Positions 23,394-36,225 of a stretch of DNA of 47,256 bases are shown here, piece after piece. The notes under the pieces are model-generated. The model saw only the letters and a program-made list of their open reading frames with translations, was not told where the DNA came from and searched no databases. Origin of the DNA: Chromera velia (lineage: Eukaryota); NCBI GenBank assembly GCA_018398765.1, contig JAHBMJ010000460.1, positions 1 through 47,256 on the forward strand. Reading direction: 5' to 3'. Each line of letters opens with the position of its first letter. Position 1 is the first letter of the stretch. A program made the position numbers and the translations under genes.

Positions 23394-26283
23394 GTGACCT
23401 GCAATTGGAATTGTAAAGGGAAGGAGATCGCTGCAGGACACAAGAGATTGAATGGCGGTGGCGGTCTTTGCCGTCCGGAAAGAGACCAAGCCTCCTCAGA
23501 ACGAGCACACACTTCTTCCTTGTATATACAGCTGCAGAAAGGAAAGAGCTAGAGAGCGGCGGAAGGGAGGGAGGAAAGGAGGAAAGAGCAAATCGTTATG
23601 GACATCCACAGATGGATGGATGAGGGAGGGGAGGGGAGGGAGGTGCATTCCCCGGAGAGGGAGAGACCGTAGGGTCTCTTCTAGGCCACTTGTCTGTTTG
23701 TTCTGTCTGCTGCGTGCCTGTCTGTTTGTGACGGTGTATGCCCCCTTCCCTTCCCGACTCATTTCGTATTTACGTTGACACGGAGAGGTTTTCATTCCTT
23801 TCACTTTCCTTCCTGGCACTTTCCGCTTCCTTCCATTCCCTGCCGACTTGTTTGGAGGTGTGGTCAAGAAAGTTGAAGGAAGATCTGTTGTTGCATGTGT
23901 TGAGGGGGGTCAGAGGGGCAGAAGGGGGTTCTCTGTGTGCGTCTGTGTGTCCCTTGGAAGTTCTGGGGAAGTCCCGGTACTTTGTTCTTTTCTCTTTTCT
24001 TTTTCTCTTTCTGGGAAGGGGGGGGGCTGCTTGCTTGCTCCATGCGAGCTTCAAGTGAAATTGCAGGGGAGGTGAGAGAAACAGCTACTGCCCTAGCTCT
24101 CCCCCACTTCCCTTCCTCTCCCAATCGTTTTTCGATTTCTTGGTAGATTCTCCTGCCTGCTCTCTTCCTCTGTTCTTCCCTGTATCCATCCTTGAATCGC
24201 CTCTTCATGTTGAGGTCGTCAGGTGTATCTCCTGGCCTCTCAAACATTTCTCTCTGCTTTTGTTTTCAAGGGCAAGTTAGGGCAGTCACGCTTTTTTCCA
24301 CTTTTTCAATCTGTCTTCTCATTGTTGTGCATGTGTGTCCAAGCTGCTGAACTTCTTCGGTGCCTTCATGAAGAGAATGCTGACTGTTTGTTTGTAGATT
24401 CTTGATCGACATGCACATTTCTTTTTCTTTTTTTGTCGCGACTCGACTTGTCGACATGTCGTGCAGTGAGTTGGCGACTTTCTTTGTGAGTTGACTCTGT
24501 GTAGCTAGGGGAATGAGGGAGGGAGGGAGGGAGACTCACTGTCTGAACGATCTGACCTTCCAGTTGTGTTTGTTCGTCTCCATTGAATGAATGAAGCGAT
24601 GGACTAACCACATCCACGTCTGTTTGCGGACTTTCCATTTCGTGTGCGGTGCCGTGTCGGGTCAGGCAGTTGTCGGGCAGTCGTCTGATATGCTGCGGGG
24701 GAACGGGGGAGTGATCGGATTTTGTCTTTCTTTCTAGATTCGGATGAATGACTGGCCTAACTTAGGGTCAAAAGAAAAGAGACACACACATGCGTTGGGC
24801 ACTTCCCTTCCAGCCTCGTGTCCTTCCTTCCACATGTTCGTTTCATCTTGGTCGCAATTTCTTTCTTGTCGATGAGTGCAAGAAAAAAAACAGGAAGAAA
24901 GAAAGAACAGACCCCGCACACGACCCCCGCGCCTGACCGGGCTGCTAACTCCCACAGTAGACCCTGCTCTCTCCCATTCGCTCCTCCCCTCCCTCCCTCC
25001 CTCCGGCTGGAAGAAACTACTTCGTCTCCTCATCTCTCGAGAAAGCCCTTGCATCCTTGCATGCACGGACACCTGTCCGCTCGACGCACAGCGTGATGTC
25101 GCCTGAGTGAATCTTCAGGCGGCAACACGGAGCCACCAACGAGAAAGGAGGGAGGGGGAAGCTTTCATCTCGACTTCATGCTGCGGCAACAATCCGTTGC
25201 TTGTAGTACAGCAGGACGCTGTACTTCGAAAACTGAGTGGTTGAGATGTTGTTGCCTCCAAAACGAAGACGGGGGTCAAGAGTCCGTCGGTGTCTGTCTT
25301 TCTGTCTGTCTGTCTTGTCTGTCTGTCTGGCTCTGCATACAGTCTGTCTCTGCAAGAAGCTGTAGCCATGCGGATCAAAAGGCAGATGGACGGACGGACG
25401 GATTGCCAGGGAGGACGCGATAGATAGAGGGGGGGGGGAAGATAATCAGTCTGAGCCGAAAACGGGGAAGGAATCGTTGGCAGCTGCGGACGTGACAGGC
25501 AGTGACTTCACAAGGAAGAAAGAAAAAAAGCAGTGGACCCGCCACGATGCAGGTATGTGAAGGGAACAAGTCAAGCAAGAAAAATGCATGGTCGTGCTCA
25601 CACCCGTTTAATACATCTGCGTCTTGTGTGGAAAGTTGCACTGGAAATGATTGTCTAGAAGCATTGTCGAGGCGACAGAGAGAAAGCTGATGTGGCGACG
25701 GCACCGACGAGGCCGGGTAGGCAGTCATGCATGCATGCAGACAGGTTTTTGTGTCAGGGTTTCTTTGTCAACCTGTTGGTCTGCGTATGTATTCAACTAT
25801 GCTTGCTTGCCAGTGAATGAGGGGGGGGGNGGGGGGGGGGGGAAGGGGAGGAGAGTTTGCGTACTTCGATTGTCTGCAGATGGGTGTGTTGAGGTGGGAT
25901 GCATTGCATCATGAGCCTCATGCATAGTCATGCATGCATGCCTTTGAGAGGTGGGTGAGCCTTTTCAACCATGTGGAAATCTGCTCACAGCTTTGCTAGC
26001 AGCTTTGTCGAGACGCAGAGGACGCTGAACAGTCCTACCGACGCTGAAACCGCACGTACTGTGGCGTGCAGTCGCATCTGACATGCATCTTAGTTACTTA
26101 GTATAATCAGTATATTTTAGTAGTTAAATTTACGGGTTTCAGTGAGTCACTGGCATGATGTTCAGTTGCATATATATGTATCGTCATAAGTCTATTATAC
26201 TGTCAGTGCACGGCTAGTCTGTCACTATTTTACATGGGGAGAGGGGGAAGATTGACCTAAAGTTCTTTCTTAGTTTTTCCTAG

Positions 26284-26767
26284 TCTAAAACTCTCCCCGA
26301 ACAAACATACTGATCCTCCGCTGTATTAAACTCTACATCCGGAGCTCTCGCCTAGGCTCTCGCAGTCCCTAAAAAAAAATACCGACGCCCCCCTCTCTGT
26401 ATTTACATCCAAAACTCCCACCGAACGAACACACTGATCCTCCGCTGTAACTCTACATCCAGAGCTCTCGCAGTCGATCCCTGAAAAAAACATACCGACG
26501 TCCCCCTCTCTGTATTCACATCCAAAACTCTCTCCGAACAAACACACTGATCCTCCGCTGTGTTAAACTCTATATCCAGAGCTCTTGCAGTCCCTGAAAA
26601 AAACATACCGACGCCCCCCTCTCTGTATTCACATCCAAAACTCTCCCCGAACAAACACACTGATCCTCTGCTATAACTTTACATCCAGAGCTCTCGCAGT
26701 CCCTGAAAAACATACTGACGCCCCCCTCTCTATATCCACATCCAAAACTCTTCCCGAACAAAAACAT
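26284..26767. repeat. Tandem minisatellite, ~113-bp unit, 4 full copies plus a partial
   Basis: Units begin TCCAAAACTC at 26284 (TCTAAAA variant), 26408, 26521, 26634 and 26741. Shared core ...CCGAACAAACACACTGATCCTCCGCTG...CAGAGCTCTCGCAGTCCCTGAAAAAAACATACCGACGCCCCCCTCTCTGTATTCACA. Confidence 0.95.
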
Positions 26768-26796
26768 GCGCTGTGACATCTTCTCAGGGTCTGTTC

Positions 26797-27065
26797 TTAA
26801 CCCGCCTACCCTCCTTTCCGATCATTCCCTCATCCAGGCCCGCTGTGCGATACAGATCCTCCCACAGAGCCCAGCAGCCCCGCCATTCCTTGAAAGCCGG
26901 TCTGCTACTGGAGGGGGAATACGGGTGGTGGAACAGGAATGCCCCCCACAGTGACTAGAGCGAAAGGCACAGTGGGAATAGGGGCGTACACATAGCCATA
27001 TGGGGTGACAGCACCTGCTGGTGGCGCTGCACCTGCAATGAACGGAGCATTGTACACCACCCATG
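26797..27065 (-). pseudogene. Pro/Gly-rich coding fragment with nonsense codons
   Basis: Reads VVYNAPFIAGAAPPAGAVTPYGYVYAP...PVFPLQ*QTGFQGMAGLLGSVGGSVSHSGPG*GNDRKGG*AG*. Stops at 26905, 26830, 26806 and 26797 in one frame. Confidence 0.5.
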
Positions 27066-27273
27066 CAGAAAAGAAAGGAGGAAGGAAGGCAGGAAGGAAG
27101 GACGGAAGGAAAGAAGGCAGGAAGGAACGAATGAGGGTACAAACAAACGAAAAATGAATTGATGAAGGTGAATACATGAAGGAACGGAATGTGAAATAAA
27201 TGTCTGGTTGAATGAAAGGAGAGTTGAAAATTTGAATGAAAGAAAAGATAGCGCTTGTATGCTCTTTTTGCAG

Positions 27274-28125
27274 ATGCCAAGCAAAGAAGAAAGTGGAGAG
27301 GCCGAGCCGTCGTTTGAGTCTCATTTAAAGGGAGGGGATGCAGCCGTGGCAGTGGCAGCGCGAAAAGCCGGCCTGATTCTACGTCTTTTCAAAGCCATGC
27401 GAATCAACACAAACTCGGAAGGGGATGATATCCCAACCTCCCCGGTAGACGAAGGAGAGGTGTTAGTCAAAACCTGGGAACCTGTGGAGGATGATCACAG
27501 AAAAGATGGTGAAGTGGAAGTGTCTTACTTCCGGGGCCTCTATTACCTCGTAGAGGATACTAAATGAACAAAGAAGAAAGAGTCTTAGGAAAGACTCAGG
27601 TCCGTTCTCCATTGTAGCTACCGTTGGCCTGGGTAGGGCCACAGTTTACTTGGTCGTCCAATTAAAATTCCATTTTCCATGTTTGGGAATATGCTTTTGC
27701 ATGCATTAAAACCTTTCATATATCTTTCCCACAGAATCCCACTCTTGCGCTGTCACAGATCGAACTGTGACAGTCGGGTCTGTTTGATCGATTCGACAGA
27801 AAGCTGTTGACCATGATTGCTTCATGTATGTCTAAAGCTAGAGCAAACGACCTGATTGATCCTTAGAGGTGCAGCACGTCTGCCTGTTTCAAATTGCCGA
27901 GCTCAATCATACCTGCTGTCTACCTGCCTGCCTGATTGCCTGCTTGCCAAGGTAACTCATACCTGCCTGGTTATCTGCCTACAGGTATTTGGACCCATGC
28001 GAGGAGGTTGATTTCCTTCCCCAAGACGATTCTGTTCGCACAATCGCCTTTTCGCTTCACAAGGGAGTTCGTTTGAGTGTCAAGAGGGAGGACGAGCCCG
28101 GAGGTAAAAAAAAGGTGAGGGACAT
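27274..28125 (+). pseudogene. Degenerate exon pair of an unknown gene
   Basis: TTTTTGCAG acceptor at 27273; acidic frame MPSKEESGEAEP...YYLVEDTK*TKKKES*EKTQ ending at a CAG|GTCCGT donor. A second exon-like block follows CCTACAG (~27984-28124) and ends AAG|GTGAGG. Phases do not join cleanly. Confidence 0.35.
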
Positions 28126-28332
28126 CCTTTCATACGATCAGGATGTTCATACGGGCAACTCTTGTCCCATCTAGTACTCCGCTCAAGTGTACATCAAATG
28201 GCTCATGGTTCTCGAGCTTTCTGAAGAAAAAAAAAAAAACGTCCCGTCTCCGTGGAAAAACAGCAGGAAAAGAGGGATTAAGGGCAGGAAAGGTAAGGGT
28301 GGATAACCGTTTCTGATGAAAAGAAAGAAAAA

Positions 28333-28364
<32 letters not shown>

Positions 28365-28589
28365 AAAAAAGAAAGAAAACATTTGATGGTTTATCAGATA
28401 GGCAGATATGATAACAAGTATGATTATGACCTTGAAAAGTTCTGTACGATCTCCTCGTTCTACGGGGAGCTTTCTTCTTCCAACAGCAAGAGAAATGAAT
28501 GAAGAAAGAAATCGTTTCAAGAAAAGAACACCAGCTGAGTAGCAGTAAAAAAGGTGTGGCCGTGCAGCCTTTCAGTATCATGTACATCG

Positions 28590-30080
28590 GCTGTGTGCTA
28601 CATCTATCCTAAAGCTTCCCAGGTACCCTCAGTGAGTAGCTAGGTGAGTAGCCTTTTTACATTTGTGGCAGACATACACAGAGAACAGAGAGAGAAGTCA
28701 TCAGTCCTCCCTTCTCCAGCACAGCCAATAAGGCAGTAGAAGTTGCGTAGCATGCTATGCCATTACAGCTGAAATGGCTTGACTGCCAACCAGAGAGGAA
28801 GCTGACGAGTCAGAGACTTACAAGTGACTACATAGCTGAAATTCCCCCGACGTCTCTGTCTCCCTCCCTAGAGTAAACCCGACCCTGTGAAGACTGCAGC
28901 ATGTCTGTGTGCTCTTCATGCAGTCAGTTAGCCCATTAGCTAGAAATAAAAAGATTTCAAAGTCTACTTCTCGTCCCCCGCCTCGCTGGGTCGTGGCTTG
29001 GACACTCGGCTTCAGCCAGTGTTGTAAGAAAAGGAATTAATTGGTTTTGTGTGCCACCGCAGTACGTCATTGGCGTCTCCGGATCTGGTACAACCCCCGT
29101 CTAAACATTTAGAGTGACGTATACTAGGACGCATGGGAAATTATCCTCTTTTTCAAGACTTTTTGTTTTTGTGCTGCCACTATCAGTGCCTGACTATGAC
29201 TATGACGCGCCATCGTTATCCATATCCAGAGCTAGCTGGATACTTCTAACGTTAGGCACGGAAAAGTTGTTATTTTCTAGGATGCCACGCTATACTGTCT
29301 TAATCAACACTTCAAATCAAAAGCTTCAATCTCGCGAGAGGCATGCTTCTTCATCAAAGCTGCTGGCTCCCAGGTGGCTGTACATGCATCAATGCTGTAA
29401 ATACCGGGCTTTGGACAATGTGCCTGTTGCTGCATCTGTTACAAAGGCTGTACTAGGGGTTTTCCATATATATACACTTAGCAATCCGGCCTACTATTTA
29501 GGGTGATGCAAAGGGTACTAAACTAACTAGGTAACTAGTTTAATACACTCGGATAGATGGAGTGACGATCAGCTGCTCTTAACGGATAAGGCAAGGTCAT
29601 GGAGAGCTTATAGCTGGTTAAGGTGAATCGATAATGATCGTACAGTTTGGTCATAACTGTTTCTAGTCAGTTTAATAAATAAATAAAAAAAATAATCAAT
29701 CAATCAATTTTATATATATAATTGAATAATGATTGCACATTACCAATATAAAATTTAGTACAAACTAGATAGCTAGCTAGGCAGTTGCTCGAAGTCCCAT
29801 TTTTCAGTGCCCTATAGGCTACTCTAGGCCCGGCACTATAAATTAAAAAAAAAAATAAAAAAACAAAGGCCACATGTTTATAGTGTGAGGATGTAAAACC
29901 AATCTGCCTCGCTGCAGTAATGACTAGGGTGCTGAGTAGTAGCCCTAACGGGAAAGCCGTTCTTCCCTATATGTGATATTCTTTTATGCGAGAAGACTAC
30001 CCTTACAGTGTATTCAGCTGCGTATTGAAACCAGCCATTGGCAGCTAAATGCTAGATCATGTCTAATCATATAGCAGTAG
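28590..30080. other. AT-rich, TA/CTAG-rich island containing TE remnants
   Basis: Runs such as TACTAACTAACTAGGTAACTAG and AACTAGATAGCTAGCTAGG. Contains a copy of the 43423-44004 element terminus at 29824. Confidence 0.65.
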
Positions 30081-33000
30081 TAGATGCTCATTTATGGGCC
30101 GATGGCGATGGTGAATGATGATGATGATGATGAGGTTTGTAGAGGTTTGCGGACCAACATATTGGCATTTAGGCATACGCAGTCCTTGAATTCTGGAAAC
30201 AGGATCAATCAGATCAAAACATACGTTCGGTACCTCGACCGATGTGCACGAAAAACGGACAGAACAGTAAGCTAGCAGATTACGGACAAGAAACCACACG
30301 TGCGTGCATTCAATTGCCTTGCATTGATGTCCCGTGCACGTACTCTCAGACACACACACGCACACACACAAACACAACTGCACACACGAAAACAACACGG
30401 GTCGGTATCGAGCGGCGTGTTGAGCTTAAAACTTACGGCGCATTCAGGCAACGTCACGTGAAGTCATGAAGGAAAAAAGCCGAAGAGGTGAGAGAGCGAA
30501 CGGGGAACTGAATGCCCTCTCGACACGTACTGTGAGCGCAACGAGGGCGTGAATTCATGGGTCTCCCTGCTTGCCCTTTCATTTCTGTAAACTTCACTCA
30601 TTGTCCCACTGTCACTGCGGGCGGAAAGAGGGGGAGAGACAATGAAGTTCGCGTATTAGCCGATGCGTCGACCTGCGCGTGAACAACCAACCAACCAAAA
30701 TGTTGATCGAATTGTCGACAGACTCACACAGACGGACGGACAGACCAGACAACGAGGCAGACCTGCGAATGAGGAAGAAGGATGAAGATTAGTCCAGTCC
30801 GGCCAGATGATCAAAATCGGTCCGCCAGTCGGCAAGAGAATCAATCGGTCAGTACAGCCAATCCGTCTGTTTGTTCGTCTGCCGAGGTGTGTGGGTTACA
30901 AGCCGGCCCGGAAGGGGCCAGAAGATGGTTGGTGGTATGGGATGGAAGGAAAATATGAACAAGAACAGGCAGACAAAACAATTAAGCGTAGAAGTACAGA
31001 GCAAAGCTGCTTGATCCTTTGCGACTCTTGATTTCATTTTTTCATACAGTTGCACGAGGATGAACTTACTGAAGTTGTTTTCTTGCGTCTTCTTTTCTTT
31101 TCTTTTTGCTTCTCCTCCTTTGCGTATGCGAATTAGTGCACGCGTCGTGCAGTGCACAAACAGAAAGGCTCATTTTTTGTTTCTCTTTCTCTCTTCTTTT
31201 TTTCTTCGTCCCTCTCGGGATCGAGAAAGGAAGGGAGGAAGCAGGGAAGAAAACTTGATGACGGACGGAGGGGGTCAGCGTCTTCTACAGACACTCTGCG
31301 GTGGCGTGAGAGAGAAAGAAAGGAAGGAAAAAATGAACAAAGAAAACTGCATCAAGATAGAGCGTAATATCAGAGAAGGAGACCAAAAGAATCTCTTGAT
31401 CAGTCTCTCTGCCTGCATCGCAGGCAGGACCAGCAAAGAGTAAGCAAGGTGTTTCCATGGATCGCGTCACGCAGCAAGAGTCACGGAGTGTTTCGTGTGT
31501 GTCAAGTGACACAGGAACAAAACTTAACAGAACGAAACATCCCCAATACATCTTAAAAAACCAAAAAAATCGTCTGGCTACCTGGCTGTTTGTTTTCCTG
31601 GAGCCCATGCAGGGCTCAGCCACAAACAGGTCTCGGGGAGATTTTCTCTCTCTCCCTCCCCGTGTGTTGTCGAATTAGGAGAAACAAAAAAGGCAAAGCA
31701 ACAAAGAAAAAGGAGACGACAAAAGAAAGAAGAAAAGAAAGGAAGGCAACAATCAAAACAAACCCAAAGACGGAGCACACTCGAACAAAATTGTCTTTCG
31801 GTTTTTTTGCTCTCTCTTAAATAAAGTCTCTCTTGCCGTGCCTTGCTTACATGCAGCCCTCGATCACGACTGCCACGAACAAAAAAGAAAACAAAATGGA
31901 AAAAAAAAAAAGGCAACTCCATCATCTGTCTCCGTATTTCTTTCCGGTCTCTCCCAAGTCCACCGGTCGTCCAGTCCATTGAGCAGAAAGAGAAAAAACA
32001 AAAAGACGAAAGAAGCACGAGGAAGTGCGAAACAAACAAACAAACAAGGAAAAAAGCGAAGTCTCAATGAGCTTCGTCGTTGATGCCAATGAGTTTCAAA
32101 GTCCTCTTCCCGTTGCAGAGGAGAAAACGGCATGCACCGAAAAAAAGAAGACAGCAGTAAGTCTCTCTCTTTTTGTTTCTCTCTCTCTTTCTCTCTCTTT
32201 CCCATCCCCTTGTGTGTGTGCGTGTGTGTGTTTGCGTGTGTGAGGAGGGCAGGGAAGTGGCTCAGGAGCTGAGAAGACGAACAAGCAGGAAGGAAGATTT
32301 AAAAAGCAGGTCTGAGGGAAGCAGATCGATCAACCACGCAACCAACGAGTCGAGTCGATAGATGCAACGATCGATCCATCCACTTATCCAGAGCGACGCA
32401 GATTGAAAAAATTGAAAAAGGGAGGGGGGCTCTGAGCAATTCGCGTGAATGGAGGTGGGACATGCTTACAGGCCAGCAGACGAACAAAAAGGCAAGCGGA
32501 CAGACAGCTAAATTTCATTCAAGTACTGACGCGGACAGATAGCCGGCCAGCCAGCTGGACACACGACGCACACATCATCTAACTGCACTGCCACTCTGAC
32601 TGCACTTCAACTGCAGGCTAGAACAAGGAAGAACCAAAAGAAAAAAAAAAGGGGGAGAGCAACAAACCCGCCCTTTCTGGGCGCACACTTCAGCAGGCTG
32701 CTTTTGAAGAAAGAGGGAAAGAAACGAAAAGGAACGGAAACACAGCAGCTAAAAAAACAGCTTTTTGTCGCAGAAAAAAGGGACAGGAAGAGAAAACGAC
32801 AAAAAATAAAAGAAAGGAATTAAAGAGAAGAGAGTATTACACGCATAGATGTCTTGCATATCTCTCCCTCTGTTCCTGTGCTTGTGCTCCCTGTCAAAAA
32901 TTCCCCTTCTCTCTTTTTTTCTCCAACTCTGTTCAGGGCAAGAAAAGAGTTGAATTGAAAAACCGACTTCAAAACCCAGGCTACCTCCCCCTTTTCATCT

Positions 33001-36000
33001 CCGCTGTCCTCCTCCCCCTCGGCAAGAGGAATGGAGTGTGCCCCCACTGGCTGACTGATTGATACGGCTTTATTGAACAACTGAGGAGTTGGGAAGTAAA
33101 TGGAAGGAAAGTCGGAAGGACGGAAGAATACGTGGATGTACAAATGGATAGAAGGGAGGCCGGAAGGAGGGAATCTTTGCCTCTTCTCTTCTCTTCTCTT
33201 CTTCTCTCTCTACCTCCTCATAGCTGGCAGTCTTTCTTTTCAAAGCCAGTCAGCCTGTACGTCGTTTGCACACACGGAGACACACAGACACACAGACTCA
33301 CACACACAGACTCACTCACACACACACACACACCCTGACAGACAGACAGACTATATGTTTCTTCTTCTTCTGACAGACAGACAGACAGACACAGATGCCG
33401 CCACCACTTTCAAATTGCTCAGTCCATCTATTTGTTTCTCGTCTCTATTTTTTCCCTCCCCTTTTTCTGTCTGTCTAAGTCTCTCTCCCTCCATGCACGT
33501 ATTGCATTCGGCTTCTGAATTGTCTCTCTCTGCTGCCCCTCCGCTATCTGTCTGTCTGATAGAATTTGAATTTAATTAAGTGAAATATGTACACTTCCGG
33601 CGTACATGCAGTTGATTAATTATTTGCATGCCTTTGTGCCTGCATGAGAGGAACAGGGTAGGGGACGGAACAGGAAGCTGCCGCTCCTCTGGACTTCTGT
33701 CCGCCCCCGCCCTTCCCAATGAGAGAAAAAAGAAAGAGAGAGCACGCACCTCTTTGGCAGCAACGCTTCTCCCTCTCTTGGGCACACTGGAAAAAACAGT
33801 CTTTCTTTCAGCCAGTCTTTTCAGGTCAATCGACCGCACATTAATTACAAGGAAGAAAGAAGGAAGCAAGGAAAGAAAAAACAAGAAAGAGACCGACGCC
33901 TCCTGGCCTGTCTTTCTCTTTCACCCACTCCCCCCCAGACCTCCCAGAGATCTTTCCAGCAGTCCCATAGCATGAGGAGAAGTCGAACGACTGCCTTCCA
34001 GCCAGCGAACCAGTCACTTTTTTCCTGGACGACAGTAAGCAAACAGCGGGAGCACCAACTCGCACGAACGCCTACTCGCCCTTCACCGATAGATATGCAG
34101 GCTACCACACATCTCTTCACGCTCACGAACCTCCTTCCTGCTTCCCTGCCTTCCCTTACAGCCATCCTTCGAGATTCCTTCTGTACAGGGGCAGTCCGGC
34201 TGACTCAGCATTCATTCATTCTTCTGTTTTGTTTTGCGTAGAGCTGCGAACTAATTTATGCAAGCACACACGGAAGAGGGAGGGGGAGAATAAGGAAGGG
34301 AAGGAAGCAACATTCTCTCCACCATCCTTTGTGTGAACAAACTTCCCTCCCTCTTGCTTACACTTCTTCTCAGCATTTCGACTTGCCACTTTCTGTCACC
34401 ATCGCCCCCTTCCGTGCCCTTGGTTTCCGTCTGACTGACACACAGACCGACCGTCAGACCCTGCCTTCCTCCTTTCTGAAGACAGACAATCCGAAACGGG
34501 TGCTCCGGAGAACCCCATCCTGCGCACTCACTCACTCACTCACTGCACACATCTTCTGGATCTCCCTCCCTTTTGCCTCCCCCTGCATTGATCGATCTGA
34601 AAGGACGGGAGGGAGCACTCACACAAACGAACATCAGACAAGCCTGAGGGATCGAGTGAGTGAGTTGGGACAGGCAGACAGAAAGAAAGGACGGCGCTGC
34701 GACGGGACCAGAGCTCTCCCCGGTGAAAAGAAAAGTCGGATAATGAAGATCTTCCGAAGAGGAAAGGAAAGGAAAGAAGGAGCATTACAGCAGGAAGCAA
34801 GGAAGGACAGAAAGAAAGAAAGAAAGACGGAACCCTCCCATGACACCCCAAATGACTTCCGCTCTCCTTCCCGAGTGAACACATCGGACGTTGACTTTGA
34901 TTGATCGATCGATTGGATTGATCAATGGAACATACATACAGACAGAGAGATAGATAGACAGAGAGGAAGCTTCTGCCAATTGCACTTGCATCCTCGCCCC
35001 CCTCCCCTGACACCTACTGCACACCCACAAGGTCTTCTTACTTTCTTCACTTTCTTACTCTTCCTTTCAGTCCTTCCTCCTTGCCTCTTTGACTCTCTGC
35101 GTACCTTCCCTCCTCCTCCCCTTATTCTCTAAGCTCAGTGTGTCAGAAATCATGGAAAGGAGAGGAGAGCAGAGGGGTGGCGTCGCCGTTACGCCCCGCG
35201 GCGCCGCCTTTCGATCTGCCACTTCTTTTCTTTTGTTTCCTTTTTTCCTTGTGCACTACGCACTCACTCACTCACTTTACTCTGATGCACTCAAGAACTC
35301 ATGCCCATCCATGCACTTGTAGAGAAACCGTTGCCTTCCTTCCTTCACACAGACATCCAATCCAACCAGAAACAGGGGGGGAGAGCAGTTAGGGAAGAGA
35401 GAGAAAAAGTGTTCGTACAATTTCAATTATCGATACATGACGAGGCTGGTGTCTGCTTGCCTATCTGTCTGTCACACACGAACAATGGAAGGAGGTGAGG
35501 CTTGGAGGAGAGGCAGGCGGAAGGGTAGGAGGAACGGAGGCTTGCTTGAAGTTTTCTTTCTGTCTCTTGCTGTTCTCTTCTGCTGATTCCTTCTCGACTC
35601 CCCCCTTTGCTCTCTCTGCCTATCTATCTGTCTGCCGGACCTCCGGTTCGTTCAAGCTCCGGCCCGATTATTGTGTGTGTGCCTCTCTTTTCTGGCTGGA
35701 TGGATGAATGCGGTATGCATGCTGTTCATCGATCCCGCAAATTCAATTAAGTCACCATCAATTTGATTGTACGGAAGGAAGGAAGGGACACATATGCGTC
35801 ATTCAGTCAGTCAGTCTATCGAGAGGGTAGGGACGTGCATCATGGGCTCACTCCATACAATACATTGATTGATTCACAGACGAACACCCACCCTACGGCT
35901 GAAGGCTCCCGATACATGCTAGCTGGCTTATCGACACGCTGGCTGGCTGGCTGACTGCAAGGGTGCGTCTTTGGAAATGACCACAAGACGGCTTTGAGTG

Positions 36001-36225
36001 AGCGAATAGAACGACAAGGAAAGCACACGCACCAAAAGAAAAAAGAAGCAGAATCTGCCGGTTGATAAGTGGTTGCTCAGTGCCATGCACACGACTCTCC
36101 CTCTTCGTCCTGTTGGAAGAGAGAGACCAAAACGGATCGAGCAAGCTAGTGGCATCATTTCTCTCTTGTGTTCTTTCCTTATGTCAAACTTGAATTCATT
36201 CGTTTTTCCTTCCTTCCTGCTTTCT

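Noticed and set aside
23864..24247. 127-aa minus-strand ORF downstream of the AP2-like gene
   Set aside because: Reverse complement of pyrimidine-rich UTR-like DNA; no domain or splice support.
26284..26767. CRISPR array
   Set aside because: Whole units are homologous with no unique spacers, the context is eukaryotic, and there are no cas genes.
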